Part shown: piece by piece, positions 9,400-18,900 of the stretch | How positions within the stretch are numbered: position 1 is the stretch's first letter | Layout: each line of letters opens with the position of its first letter | Origin: Candidatus Aceula meridiana | GTDB lineage: Bacteria; Omnitrophota; Gorgyraeia; Zapsychrales; Aceulaceae | Assembly: GCA_030765185.1 (NCBI GenBank) | Contig: JAVCDE010000011.1 | Coordinates: 1 to 60,247 of the forward strand | DNA length: 60,247 nucleotides | Reading direction: 5' to 3' | Notes under the pieces: model-generated | What the model was told of the DNA's origin: nothing | The model's database searches: none | Seen by the model: only the letters and a program-made list of their open reading frames with translations | Program-made: the position numbers and the translations under genes

Positions 9400-9543
9400 T
9401 TGAAGAATTACAAAGGACAAAATTTAATTGAGTACGCTATTGTCATAGCGTTAGTTTCAGCTGCTATGGTCGCCATGAGTACGTATATCTTTCGCTCGGT
9501 TCAGGCGGTCCAAAAGCAGATCGACGGAGAACTACGGAATTAA
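9400..9543 (+). CDS. Flp-like pilin (start uncertain)
   Basis: KG|QNLIEYAIVIALVSAAMVAM prepilin motif. In-frame TTG at 9400; the 9163 extension reads through the hairpin element and is not protein-like. Confidence 0.7.
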   Translation: MKNYKGQNLIEYAIVIALVSAAMVAMSTYIFRSVQAVQKQIDGELRN

Positions 9544-9587
9544 CCATAGGTAAAAACCGTATTTATTTTAACGGTAAGGAGGATTTA

Positions 9588-9986
9588 ATGAAGGGGTTAA
9601 GAAAGAATAAAAAAAATAAAGGACAAAATGTCGCCGAATACGCCATTTTAATTGCTTTGGTTGTCGGTGCTATTTTAGCTATGCAGACATTTGCCAAGCG
9701 CGGTTTGCAGGCAAGAGTTCGTGACGTTACACAATTTATGGTGGACGAAACATCGTCAGCCGACCTTCCACCAGAAGTTCGATGGGGCAACACAGCGCAG
9801 TATGAACCATACTATTCTGAGAGCGCATATGAGACAACAAGAGAGACTAACGAACAAAAGGAACTAGTTGGAGAGACTAACTTTTTAATCGGTTCAAACG
9901 GAGTTTCTTCTCGCGCTGTCGGCGGTTCTCAGAGAACAACTTATAATGTTGATGCAGGGGCTATTAGTAACGGCATGGGTTTTTAA
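9588..9986 (+). CDS. Tad pilin/pseudopilin, family A copy 1
   Basis: Basic leader + G|QNVAEYAILIALVV; QYEPYYSES; ends GMGF; RBS AGGAGG. Confidence 0.9.
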   Translation: MKGLRKNKKNKGQNVAEYAILIALVVGAILAMQTFAKRGLQARVRDVTQFMVDETSSADLPPEVRWGNTAQYEPYYSESAYETTRETNEQKELVGETNFLIGSNGVSSRAVGGSQRTTYNVDAGAISNGMGF

Positions 9987-10034
9987 CAAAAGATTTTACT
10001 GTTGGCATGGCAGGATAAGAAGGATGACATTAAA

Positions 10035-10487
10035 ATGAAACAGATACAAAAAGAAGATTTTAGAAAGAAACAGCAAAAGCGAAAAGGACAGAATGTCGCT
10101 GAATATGCAATTCTGATTTCTTTGGTTATTGGTTCTGTTTTAGCCATGCAGACGTTTGTGAAAAGAGGCTTGCAGGCAAGAACACGTGATACAACACAGT
10201 GGATGGTCGAGGAAACAGACATGCTTGGAGACACCGGGCAATATGAGCCGTATTTTTTTGAAAGTTCGTATGAAGTCGAAAAAGGAGTTGACGAGGTAAA
10301 AACTTTAACAGGCGACACCAACTTTGAAATTGATTCATACGGAAGGACTCATAGACAAGCAGGCGGCTATCAGAGGTCTACATATGAAGTGTCGCATGAT
10401 ATCGGAGACGGGATGAAGTTTGGCAGCGGCGGAGGCAGTTCTGTAGTTAATTGGACAGCAATAAACGAAGAAGAAGAAGAAGAATAG
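10035..10487 (+). CDS. Tad pilin/pseudopilin, family A copy 2
   Basis: G|QNVAEYAILISLVI; QYEPYFFES; GMKF followed by a GSGGGS...EEEEEE tail; ATG 10035 preferred over TTG 10002. Confidence 0.85.
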   Translation: MKQIQKEDFRKKQQKRKGQNVAEYAILISLVIGSVLAMQTFVKRGLQARTRDTTQWMVEETDMLGDTGQYEPYFFESSYEVEKGVDEVKTLTGDTNFEIDSYGRTHRQAGGYQRSTYEVSHDIGDGMKFGSGGGSSVVNWTAINEEEEEE

Positions 10488-10551
10488 TTAAGTAGAAAAA
10501 TAGAAAAATAAGTTGTTTTGTATTTATCATCATTAATAAAAGGAGGAATCA

Positions 10552-10746
10552 ATGTTAAAGAGAAACCGAAAGAAAAAAGGCCAAAGCACCTTAGAGTATA
10601 TTATTTTAGTAGCTGCTCTTGTTTCTGGCCTTGTTGTTTTTCTTGCTAGCGATTCAAGTCCATTCAAGAAAGCTGTAAATCAAACCTATACCTCAGTGCT
10701 GGATGGAATGGAAAATAAAGCAACCGACATGGTAGATAGCTGGTAA
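10552..10746 (+). CDS. Flp-type pilin, candidate major pilin (64 aa)
   Basis: KKG|QSTLEYIILVAALV; Flp size; strong RBS AAAGGAGG. Confidence 0.9.
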   Translation: MLKRNRKKKGQSTLEYIILVAALVSGLVVFLASDSSPFKKAVNQTYTSVLDGMENKATDMVDSW

Positions 10747-10802
10747 TAAACACAAAAGCCTTTAGTTGTGACTAAAATAAGAATCTTAAGGAGGCAAAAA
10801 AA

Positions 10803-11168
10803 ATGATAAAACGTAATAAAAAAAAGAAAGGGCAGAATGTCGCTGAATATGCAATTTTGATTGCCCTTGTTGTCGGCGCAATTATTGCCATGCAAAAATT
10901 TGCCCAAAGAGGCCTGCAAGGAAGAGTTCGTGACGCAACGGAGTGGATGGTGGCTCAAGGAAATGATCAGATAGGACATAGTACGGGACAGTACGAGCCG
11001 TATTATTCTGAAAGCTCGTATGATGTTTATCGTGATTCTTCTGACACAAAGACATTATGCGGAGAAGTTAATTTTAAAGTTGATGCAGACACTGATGTTA
11101 CGCGAAATGGTTACCAGAGGACAATTTATGACGACACTCAAAATGTTGATGGAGGTATGAATTTTTAA
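10803..11168 (+). CDS. Tad pilin/pseudopilin, family A copy 3
   Basis: G|QNVAEYAILIALVV; QYEPYYSES; ends GMNF; RBS AAGGAGG. Confidence 0.9.
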   Translation: MIKRNKKKKGQNVAEYAILIALVVGAIIAMQKFAQRGLQGRVRDATEWMVAQGNDQIGHSTGQYEPYYSESSYDVYRDSSDTKTLCGEVNFKVDADTDVTRNGYQRTIYDDTQNVDGGMNF

Positions 11169-11242
11169 AGATGCAGAAATCCAAGGGAGTTAGTTAACAA
11201 TAATGAAGTTAATTTCCCGTTAAAGAAAAAAAAGGGGGAAAA

Positions 11243-11572
11243 ATGCTTAAGAAAATTAGAAAAAGAAAGAAAACAAAAGGCCAAAGCACTCTCGAATATG
11301 CTGTCTTAGTTGTTGTTGTCTTAGGAGCTTTAATGGCTGTGCAGCAGTATCTCTCGCGCGGTATCCAAGGTCGGGCTAAACAAGCCACTGACGATATTAG
11401 CGATACGCAGTTTGTTCCTGACCAGACAGTTTATACAAAGACAGTAGTAACAGCATCAAACACAAAAGAAATGGCCCAAGGAGGCGAAACAAATTCTGAA
11501 CTGCAGGGAGATGCGGATGAAACAACAACAACGACGATTGATATGTATTTCGACAACACGTTGACGCCATAA
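11243..11572 (+). CDS. Tad pilin/pseudopilin, family B copy 1
   Basis: G|QSTLEYAVLVVVVLGALMAVQQYLSRGIQGR. Confidence 0.9.
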   Translation: MLKKIRKRKKTKGQSTLEYAVLVVVVLGALMAVQQYLSRGIQGRAKQATDDISDTQFVPDQTVYTKTVVTASNTKEMAQGGETNSELQGDADETTTTTIDMYFDNTLTP

Positions 11573-11846
11573 AAGAAGTAGAAAAATAGAATAAAGAAGT
11601 GGTTGTTATCTTTAAGATAACAAGAAAGCATGCAAAAAATAATAAATTTTACGTGCTAAAATCAAGGAGGCACAATGCTTAAGAAAATTAGAAAAAGAAA
11701 GAAAACAAAAGGCCAAAGCACTCTAGAATATGCTGTCTTAATTGTTGTTGTCTTAGGAGCTTTAATGGCTGTGCAGCAGTATATCGCGCGCGGTATCCAA
11801 GGTAGGGCTAAACAAGCCACTGACGATATTAGCGATACACAGTTTG
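11243..11846 (+). repeat. 172-nt direct repeat (11243-11414 / 11675-11846)
   Basis: 6 mismatches in 172 nt by manual alignment; sequences diverge abruptly afterwards. Confidence 0.95.
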
Positions 11847-11983
11847 ACCCTAGTATTACGCGGCACATTAAGACGACCAATACCTCCAGCACGACAAATG
11901 AAATCTCTTTAGATGGAGAGACATGGTCAAACATGTTGGCGCCTGAAGTAACAAATACAAAAATAAATATGTACTTTGAATAG
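11675..11983 (+). CDS. Tad pilin/pseudopilin, family B copy 2
   Basis: G|QSTLEYAVLIVVVLGALMAVQQYIARGIQGR; RBS AAGGAGG. Confidence 0.9.
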   Translation: MLKKIRKRKKTKGQSTLEYAVLIVVVLGALMAVQQYIARGIQGRAKQATDDISDTQFDPSITRHIKTTNTSSTTNEISLDGETWSNMLAPEVTNTKINMYFE

Positions 11984-12026
11984 TTAGCAGGCGTGGAAAT
12001 TACAGAAGCTTTGGTAGTTATGATTT

Positions 12027-12077
12027 AAGCGTAGGGGACTTTTCATCAAGAACAGGGGTCGTTCCCTGCGCTTTTTT
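12027..12077 (+). terminator. Putative intrinsic terminator inside the pilin array
   Basis: AAGCGTAGGGGA ... TTCCCTGCGCTT stem (two G-U pairs, long loop) running into a T6 tract. Confidence 0.55.
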
Positions 12078-12152
12078 GCGGGCAGCATTAATGAGAGTAA
12101 TCGTAGAACTATCGCGAAAAATGGTAAAAAATTAGGAAAGGCGGCATAGTAA

Positions 12153-12581
12153 GTGCTATTTTTTAAAAAAAATATAAAAGCTCAGGTTATTTCTGAGTTT
12201 TCTATGGTTTTAGGGATTGCTATATTAGCGGTTGTGTCAATGATGGTTTTTGTTCAAAGAGGCCTACAAGGACGCATTCGTGACGCCAGAGAGTATGTAT
12301 CTGTGACGTTAGATAGCGAAGCAGACGCAGCCAGACTACAGCGCACAGGAGGCGCGGTTCCTGCTGGGAGCTTTCCTGATGTTCTTTATGGATATGAGCC
12401 ATATTATCAAAAAAAAGGAGCTGTTGTTGAGAGAGATGCGAATCAAATGACAGATTTTTCAGGAACGCAAGGAACGCATAAAAAAAGTATTAATTCAAGA
12501 ACGAGCATGCAAAGCGTATCAGAAGAAGCGCCGGCAGAAAATGATTTCTGGTGGGGCAATGCTGTTATCCCTGGGGAGTAG
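12153..12581 (+). CDS. Tad pseudopilin
   Basis: GTG start; KA|QVISEFSMVLGIAILAVVSMMVFVQRGLQGRIRD; YEPYY. Confidence 0.85.
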   Translation: MLFFKKNIKAQVISEFSMVLGIAILAVVSMMVFVQRGLQGRIRDAREYVSVTLDSEADAARLQRTGGAVPAGSFPDVLYGYEPYYQKKGAVVERDANQMTDFSGTQGTHKKSINSRTSMQSVSEEAPAENDFWWGNAVIPGE

Positions 12582-12604
12582 CGGGAAAAGATACGGGAAA
12601 AAAT

Positions 12605-12937
12605 ATGAAACAAATAAAGAAAAAAGCGCAGTCTTTAACTGAATATACGATTGTTGCCGGAATTATTGCTGTTGTTTTGGTTGCCATGGGAACTCCTTTT
12701 CGAAGAACGATTCAGCGCGTTGTCAAAGATGTTTGCGACGTCATTGGCTTGCAGGCTGATGCCGAGCAGGCTTCCGAAGACATTACTCAAGGGCAGCTGA
12801 TCAATAGTGCTTTTGATTCTACCGCGACAATGACACAGTTAAAAGATGGCTCTGCAGGCGTTCAGACAGCACAAAAATTGGGACGGACGTCTGCGAACAG
12901 CATTTCTTATTCAAGCGGAGGGGTCGTCGATGATTAA
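12605..12937 (+). CDS. Tad pseudopilin
   Basis: MKQIKKKA|QSLTEYTIVAGIIAVVL; ATG 12605 preferred over GTG 12551. Confidence 0.85.
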   Translation: MKQIKKKAQSLTEYTIVAGIIAVVLVAMGTPFRRTIQRVVKDVCDVIGLQADAEQASEDITQGQLINSAFDSTATMTQLKDGSAGVQTAQKLGRTSANSISYSSGGVVDD

Positions 12938-13262
12938 GCAAATTTCAAAAAAACAAACGGGTTTTTTAAGAGGGCAAACGCTTTTAGAATATGCCTTTTT
13001 AGCTGTAGTTGTTATGGTGGCCTTGATGGTTGTCCAACGTTATGTACAAAGAGGCATGCAGGGAAAATGGATGGATAGCTTGAGCAGCCTCGATAGCCAA
13101 TATGACCCTCAGGCAGATATTCAATCTAATCATTACACAGAAGCTGAGTCTAGAACAGTGACGAGCGTTGAGGATGGCGGAGGTGGAGGAGTCTACACCC
13201 AGCGTACAGATACAAGCAATATGAATGAAATAGTAAACGAAATCGTAACCGTAACATACTAA
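12930..13262 (+). CDS. Tad pseudopilin
   Basis: RG|QTLLEYAFLAVVVMVALMVVQRYVQRGMQG; ATG 12930 with GGAGGG upstream, overlapping the previous stop. Confidence 0.85.
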   Translation: MIKQISKKQTGFLRGQTLLEYAFLAVVVMVALMVVQRYVQRGMQGKWMDSLSSLDSQYDPQADIQSNHYTEAESRTVTSVEDGGGGGVYTQRTDTSNMNEIVNEIVTVTY

Positions 13263-13266
13263 AAAA

Positions 13267-13689
13267 ATGAATAAGAATAGGCATAAAAAAAAAGCATTCT
13301 CAACTCTGGAATATACAGCATGTATTGTTTTTATAATTGCATCTTTGATGATTATGAGAAAACCCATCGCCCGTATTTTTATGGGTCGATGGAAAACCTT
13401 AGGCGATAGTTTTATGCATGGACAGCAGCTTGATTATGACCCGAACGTGACTAGAGAATGCGGCCAGTATGTGCCTATCGTAGATCCTGAGGAATTGCCG
13501 CTTGTTTGGGGAGATCCGGTTTGGTATAACTACAGGTGTTATGAGTGCTGTATGGATAGAATTGGGCCGACTACGTGCCCAGCGGGTCTTGCCACAGCGG
13601 CAGACCTTTTGGGTTGCCGGGCTGAGGCTGATCCTCTGTTGCGACGAGCATGTTGCGCTGATGCTTGCAAAGACGAGGATTGTAATTAA
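13267..13689 (+). CDS. Tad pseudopilin with Cys-rich C-terminus
   Basis: KKKA|FSTLEYTACIVFIIASL; CYECC...CP...CR...CCADAC...C. Confidence 0.85.
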   Translation: MNKNRHKKKAFSTLEYTACIVFIIASLMIMRKPIARIFMGRWKTLGDSFMHGQQLDYDPNVTRECGQYVPIVDPEELPLVWGDPVWYNYRCYECCMDRIGPTTCPAGLATAADLLGCRAEADPLLRRACCADACKDEDCN

Positions 13690-13702
13690 GGAAAAAAGTA
13701 TT

Positions 13703-15598
13703 ATGAGAAGAATAAGAAAAATAAGAACTTTAGGAATTGACGAAAAAGCGCAAGCCGCAATTGAGCTCGCATTATTAGGGTCTATCCTTTTATTTGTCTT
13801 TGGCATGCTTATCCGTTATGGAATGAATTTTGCTGAGACACAAAACATGCAATACAAAGCTTTTCGTCAAGCCTTGAAGCTATCTGGCGAAGATGCGATT
13901 GAAGGGAAGTATTCTTTGTCGGGTGATGACCTGCCCCAAACAGATGCATGGCATCCTAAAGGTAATAGAAAAAACGCTTCGCTTATTTTTATTGAGGACA
14001 GGCCCACGGTGCAAGGCGGCGAAAAATATGGCGCATCTTCGCGAAGTCCTTATATGGCTTATGGATCAGGGGTATTTAGTAGCCTTCAACAACTTCCTCT
14101 AGAGTTTAACGAAACAGAGAACATTCCTGTTATGGATATGAGTGTTAATGGACAGCCCTTTGTTTTTCGCACAGCAAAATTTGTAAGGTATTTGACGGTG
14201 CCATGTTTTACGGAACAGGCTAACTATGCCTGTGGCGATTTTTCTTACACCCCGAACTGCTGGTCAAGGACTATTGGAGATGTTGACTATCCAAATGTCG
14301 GACCTCAATATCTTGACCGTGATGTAGATGGTCACGGGATCGCTTTTCCTCACCCTTGGAATTATACTTTTTATTCCTGGATGGGAGCCATTGCGGATGA
14401 AAATGCTTATCCAGCCGGATGCCGCGATGTGCGATTTGTATATACAAAGATTCCTTTTAATCATGAAAAGTTTTGTAATTTAGGCGCTTTTGGGCACCAT
14501 TGTATGGGAATAAATTCCACGGAGCTTAACTGGCGGTTTGATTTAAAAAGAGAAGGGACCCCTGCTTCTCCCTCACCGATTGATCAGGCGGATTGGATTA
14601 AAATGTCTTGGCAGTGGTTTCCTGTTGCTCTCACAAGCAAAGGTGTTGATCTTTATGATTCAAGCTGGACTTCTTTAGATGTTGACGGAGACTTAAAGGA
14701 AGAAACGGTCATGTCTTTTGTAACACGTCATTTTAACAACCCAGAAAAGGACAGCGTCTATTATTCGCCGACAGGAACGAGCTATGAGCTTGATAACGGC
14801 AGCAATATGCCAGATCCTACTGAGGAAGATCATGGTTATGGCTCTTCCGATGAACCTTATACCAGAAAACCGATTGTTTTGCTGAGCGTTATTGATTTTC
14901 AAGAAGGAGATTTTGATGCGACATATAATGAGGTAGATAAAGCAATTTTTCAGACTAAAAAACCAGGACTTTTGGAAGAGTCTCAGATTACAAGCTTTGT
15001 TCCTCGAGACGAAGGGGGGAGCACTTTTTTGATCGACCAGAGCATGTCCGGTCAAACCCGTACACAAACCGCGACCCAAAGCGGAACATCTTATGACATC
15101 GTCGAACGCCAATTTCGTTTAAGCAACAACACAGGATGCTTTTGTCCGGCGAGGATGGATGACGACGACCCCTATGGTAATAATGGTTGGGAAAATTGTC
15201 AGGATAGTGCAGGAGGGCCTTGGACATATCTCGCCCCTCCTTGGGGGGTTGAGACTCCTACGCCTAACGGGAAACCAAGTTATTGTGAAGCGGACAATCT
15301 TTCTGTCAAATACGCTTGCGAAGGAGAAGGATGTTGTAGCCAATGTTGTGCAACCGGCGATGAGCCTTGCTGCAACGAAGAGGGAAATTTTTGCTGTGAC
15401 GAGGACGATGTATATATTAAAAACCGTCCTTCTGTTTCATGTTTTGAATATAAGAAAGTTATGGAGCTCGACGAAGTGTCAACAGGCGTTAATCTTCCAT
15501 ATAACGATCATAATATGCTCTATATTCGAACAACTATTGCGTCAAAAACCGGATATAAAACAATCACAACAGAAAACGTTGAAACGATACAATATTAA
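13703..15598 (+). CDS. Large TadE-like pseudopilin/adhesin (631 aa), Cys-rich
   Basis: ATG 13703; KA|QAAIELALLGSILLFVFGMLI; LDVDGDLKEE (Ca-binding-like loop); CCSQCC...CC...CC. Confidence 0.85.
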   Translation: MRRIRKIRTLGIDEKAQAAIELALLGSILLFVFGMLIRYGMNFAETQNMQYKAFRQALKLSGEDAIEGKYSLSGDDLPQTDAWHPKGNRKNASLIFIEDRPTVQGGEKYGASSRSPYMAYGSGVFSSLQQLPLEFNETENIPVMDMSVNGQPFVFRTAKFVRYLTVPCFTEQANYACGDFSYTPNCWSRTIGDVDYPNVGPQYLDRDVDGHGIAFPHPWNYTFYSWMGAIADENAYPAGCRDVRFVYTKIPFNHEKFCNLGAFGHHCMGINSTELNWRFDLKREGTPASPSPIDQADWIKMSWQWFPVALTSKGVDLYDSSWTSLDVDGDLKEETVMSFVTRHFNNPEKDSVYYSPTGTSYELDNGSNMPDPTEEDHGYGSSDEPYTRKPIVLLSVIDFQEGDFDATYNEVDKAIFQTKKPGLLEESQITSFVPRDEGGSTFLIDQSMSGQTRTQTATQSGTSYDIVERQFRLSNNTGCFCPARMDDDDPYGNNGWENCQDSAGGPWTYLAPPWGVETPTPNGKPSYCEADNLSVKYACEGEGCCSQCCATGDEPCCNEEGNFCCDEDDVYIKNRPSVSCFEYKKVMELDEVSTGVNLPYNDHNMLYIRTTIASKTGYKTITTENVETIQY

Positions 15599-15607
15599 AG
15601 GACAGGA

Positions 15608-15892
15608 ATGCGAAATAAAGACATCAACAAGAAATATAACATAAAACGAAAAGCCCAAGTTACCTTGGAGTTTGTTTTTTGTTTTTTTATTGTGATGCTT
15701 ATTTTTTATAGCTGTGTTAAAGCGCTACAATGGTTGGGCAAAGCACTTATCGGTCCTCATTATCAACAATCTCGTGCATATGACAGTGATGGCGGCTTGC
15801 GCGAAGTTGTGGATCAAATGGATGCTCCTGTTGATCAGTATACGCCTTTGCGTTTAATGTATCGCAATAAAACTTTTGGTGGTTCTTATTAA
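15608..15892 (+). CDS. TadE/TadF-like pseudopilin
   Basis: KRKA|QVTLEFVFCFFIVMLIFY. Confidence 0.85.
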   Translation: MRNKDINKKYNIKRKAQVTLEFVFCFFIVMLIFYSCVKALQWLGKALIGPHYQQSRAYDSDGGLREVVDQMDAPVDQYTPLRLMYRNKTFGGSY

Positions 15893-15917
15893 AGATTTTA
15901 GAGAAGGGAATCAAAAT

Positions 15918-18900
15918 ATGTTGCAAACAATAAATAAAATAATGAAAGATTGTCTCCGAATAAAAAAGAGAAATCGTGATCGCGCAAGAGGACAAATTGC
16001 GATTATTTTGCTTGTTGTTATCAGCATAGTGCTTATGCTCGTTGCCGTTGCCATTAACCTTGGCAAAATTTCTATGACAAAAACCCAGATGCAGATTACG
16101 GCTGACTCTACGGCAGCATCTTTGGCATCAAATATGGCAAGTTATAGTGAGAGCCTTTATAGGACGATTATTTTGCCTTCAAGGCAAACAGGAGACCATG
16201 GAAAGAATTTTGGCTTAACGCGTAGAAATTCAAGCGAAAGACTTTCAACGATGATTACAATAGTCATTTGTGCTGTTGCGATTATTATTTCTTGCATTTG
16301 TCCTCCGACATCCGCGCTTACGGCACCATTGTTAGCTAGCGGCATCATCGGAGGTATTGTTTCAACAGGGGCGCTTGTCTATCAAACTGCGGTGGTTGAA
16401 CCGATGTTTCAAAGTATGTGGGCGAAACAGTTTAAAGACCTGCCTTATGCAGACCAGTTTATTAAGATGGGGACAAATTTTGCTCTTCAGTCGGCTGCTA
16501 CAGATTCTGTTCAAATTCCGGATACCGGAGATTATAATATGGATGGGTTTTATTGTCAGGAGGACAACCCGAATTGTGCGTATAAAACCAGCCGTTTTGG
16601 TGTAAAGGTAACGAAGGGGAGCACGAGCACTATTCCCGAGAGCGCCGTAAACAAGGCGAAAAGATTTGGTCAGACTTTAGCTAGCTTTATGTTTTCGCAG
16701 AACTATGCATCAGGGCTTGACAGAAGCATTGTGATTGATCCAAACTATCTTTTGACTGCTCCGGATGGCGTTTTTGTGCCGGATGAGTGGGGTGTTTTTG
16801 ATCATGATGGAATCAAAGGAGCCAATACGCATGATCCTTCCTCGACGACTTTAGGTGATTTGGACCCCTGCCTGACGGACAATCAGTGCAACCCTGCATG
16901 CATTCCTCAAAAATCTTCTTATAATTCACACGTGGATCTTTATTCTGTTTATGAAAACTTAGCCTTAACATCTGGCCAAACTAAATGCCCAGGAACAACT
17001 GATATCGATCCAGAGATTTGCTCAGACCCTAATACGCCGTGGTGTTTTGCCGGAGATGAGCTTTATGAGGATCCTGACAACACTTTTGAATCTTTTCGTG
17101 AATTGATAGGGCGTGATGATGAGAACATGTATCTTTTAGGCGGCATGAGCAAGCAGCTTCGTGACCTGAATGCTGTTAAGCTATTAGCAGCAGACAAGCA
17201 GTTTAGCAGCAAGGACGCAACGGGTGTTTACGAGGCACTTTGGAAACTATATTTGACAGATTTAGACAAGTCAACTTCTCCTTTTCAATTTGTTAATGGA
17301 GGAGAATGTTTTTGGAAAACAACAGATGCGTCTGGATGCGAAGATACTGGGCTTTGGGAGCTTCAATCTGTCGGGGGAAATGGACCTCCTCCATGTGCTC
17401 CAAACTGCTATGTTCGCTCTAATATAGATCCTTTGAAGGTAACTGGCATGACGGGAAACGAAAACCTCTGCTATTCTGACGACGAGGATGTTCCAGAGGA
17501 AGATTTTTTCTGGAAGAAGGGCGTTAATGCTTATTGCAACGACTATGAACCTCCGTATTATATGTGTGATCAAAAGAGCTGTGACGCGGGATCGCCAAAT
17601 TGTGAGCAAAATTGTCAGACTCCTGAGGCTGCGGAAGAAGCTTGTGAGCTTTATTCCTGCAATGAAGATGAAGAAGGTGATTCTGTTCCTAACCAGGAGC
17701 TTTGGAGAAGCGACAGAGCTGAGACTTTACGAGAAAGTGAAGGTATTGATGATTTTGTTAAATTTGCTTATAGTTTGCTACGAAAAACTCCTAATAATTT
17801 AATCAGAGATTTAAATAGCTGGTATCCTATTTTTCTTCAGTGGAGAGATATTTATTTGCCTGAATGGGCAGAGAGGATTGATGAACTTCAGGGTTTTTAT
17901 CAAGATTTTGATACTTGGACTGCAAGCGAAGACCCAAATTATTTCTGTCCGAAAGGATGTGCCGATTCTGCTGCCTGCACCAAGGATGAGGTTGCCACAT
18001 GCTTGTCAACCAAGAAAAATGTCTATGACGCTTGCCTCACCGATTGCACCGCTGCTAATTGTACAGACATCGCCACAGAGCTTGGAGTTGCCTTCGACTC
18101 CTGCAGCGCTTCTTTTAAACAAACAGCACATCTTTATCGGGAAATGTTTCGTTATCGCGGGGAACTCTTGACAAGCCTTACAAATGATTATGATGACCTT
18201 TTTACACTAGGGCCAGATGGCAAATTAACCATAGCCAGAACAAACATTTATGGATTTTTATCTGATTATAATATTAACAATAACCTCCTCGACCTTGATG
18301 CCTCGCTTAACTCTGGAGAATGGTTAGGGTTTGATAAAGGAATATATGTTTGGAAAGACGCAGACGAGCCTGATGGCACAGTAGGGCTTTGGCACGTTGT
18401 ACGTACTGATGTTAAAATTCCTACGCGCTGCAACGAACAATGCTTTAGAGATCTGGAGCCTGATTCGAAATATAATGATGGTGATAACTTTCCTGCCGAA
18501 GAGCCGAATTTTCCTGAGATTGTGCGCTGGGATCGCGGTGGCGCAAATGTTTTTCATACTCTAACAGACTATAACTGTAAAGGACGATGCGGTATTCATA
18601 ATTATAAGGAAAATAAGAACAATTATGATAAATGTGGTTCGGGAAGAAGGAACAAGACAAGCTATAAAGAGGATCAGGTGAACGGCGGCGACAACAACGG
18701 GAACAACAAATGTTTTAAAGGCGGGCTTGTCGGTGCGAGGGTTGCGCGCTATGATCAGCCAAGATCTCAAGCTTTTTCATGGGCTACAAACGTAGAGTTC
18801 TGGAAAACTTTGTTTAAAAATCCTTCTGTTGCGACTGTCGTTTCTCCCAATATAAATGCTGTTTGCTCGGATTATCTTGATCTGGGAAATCCAGAGGGAG

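Noticed and set aside
11243-11846. Diversity-generating retroelement TR/VR pair (5 of 6 mismatches are A in the second copy)
   Set aside because: Few mismatches, half synonymous, in the conserved N-terminus of two intact genes; no reverse transcriptase in the window. Worth revisiting only if a DGR RT exists elsewhere.
9163-15917. Long N-terminal extensions in the track (starts 9163, 10002, 12551, 12846, 13502, 15876)
   Set aside because: Most overlap upstream genes or non-coding structure; downstream starts give normal short prepilin leaders.
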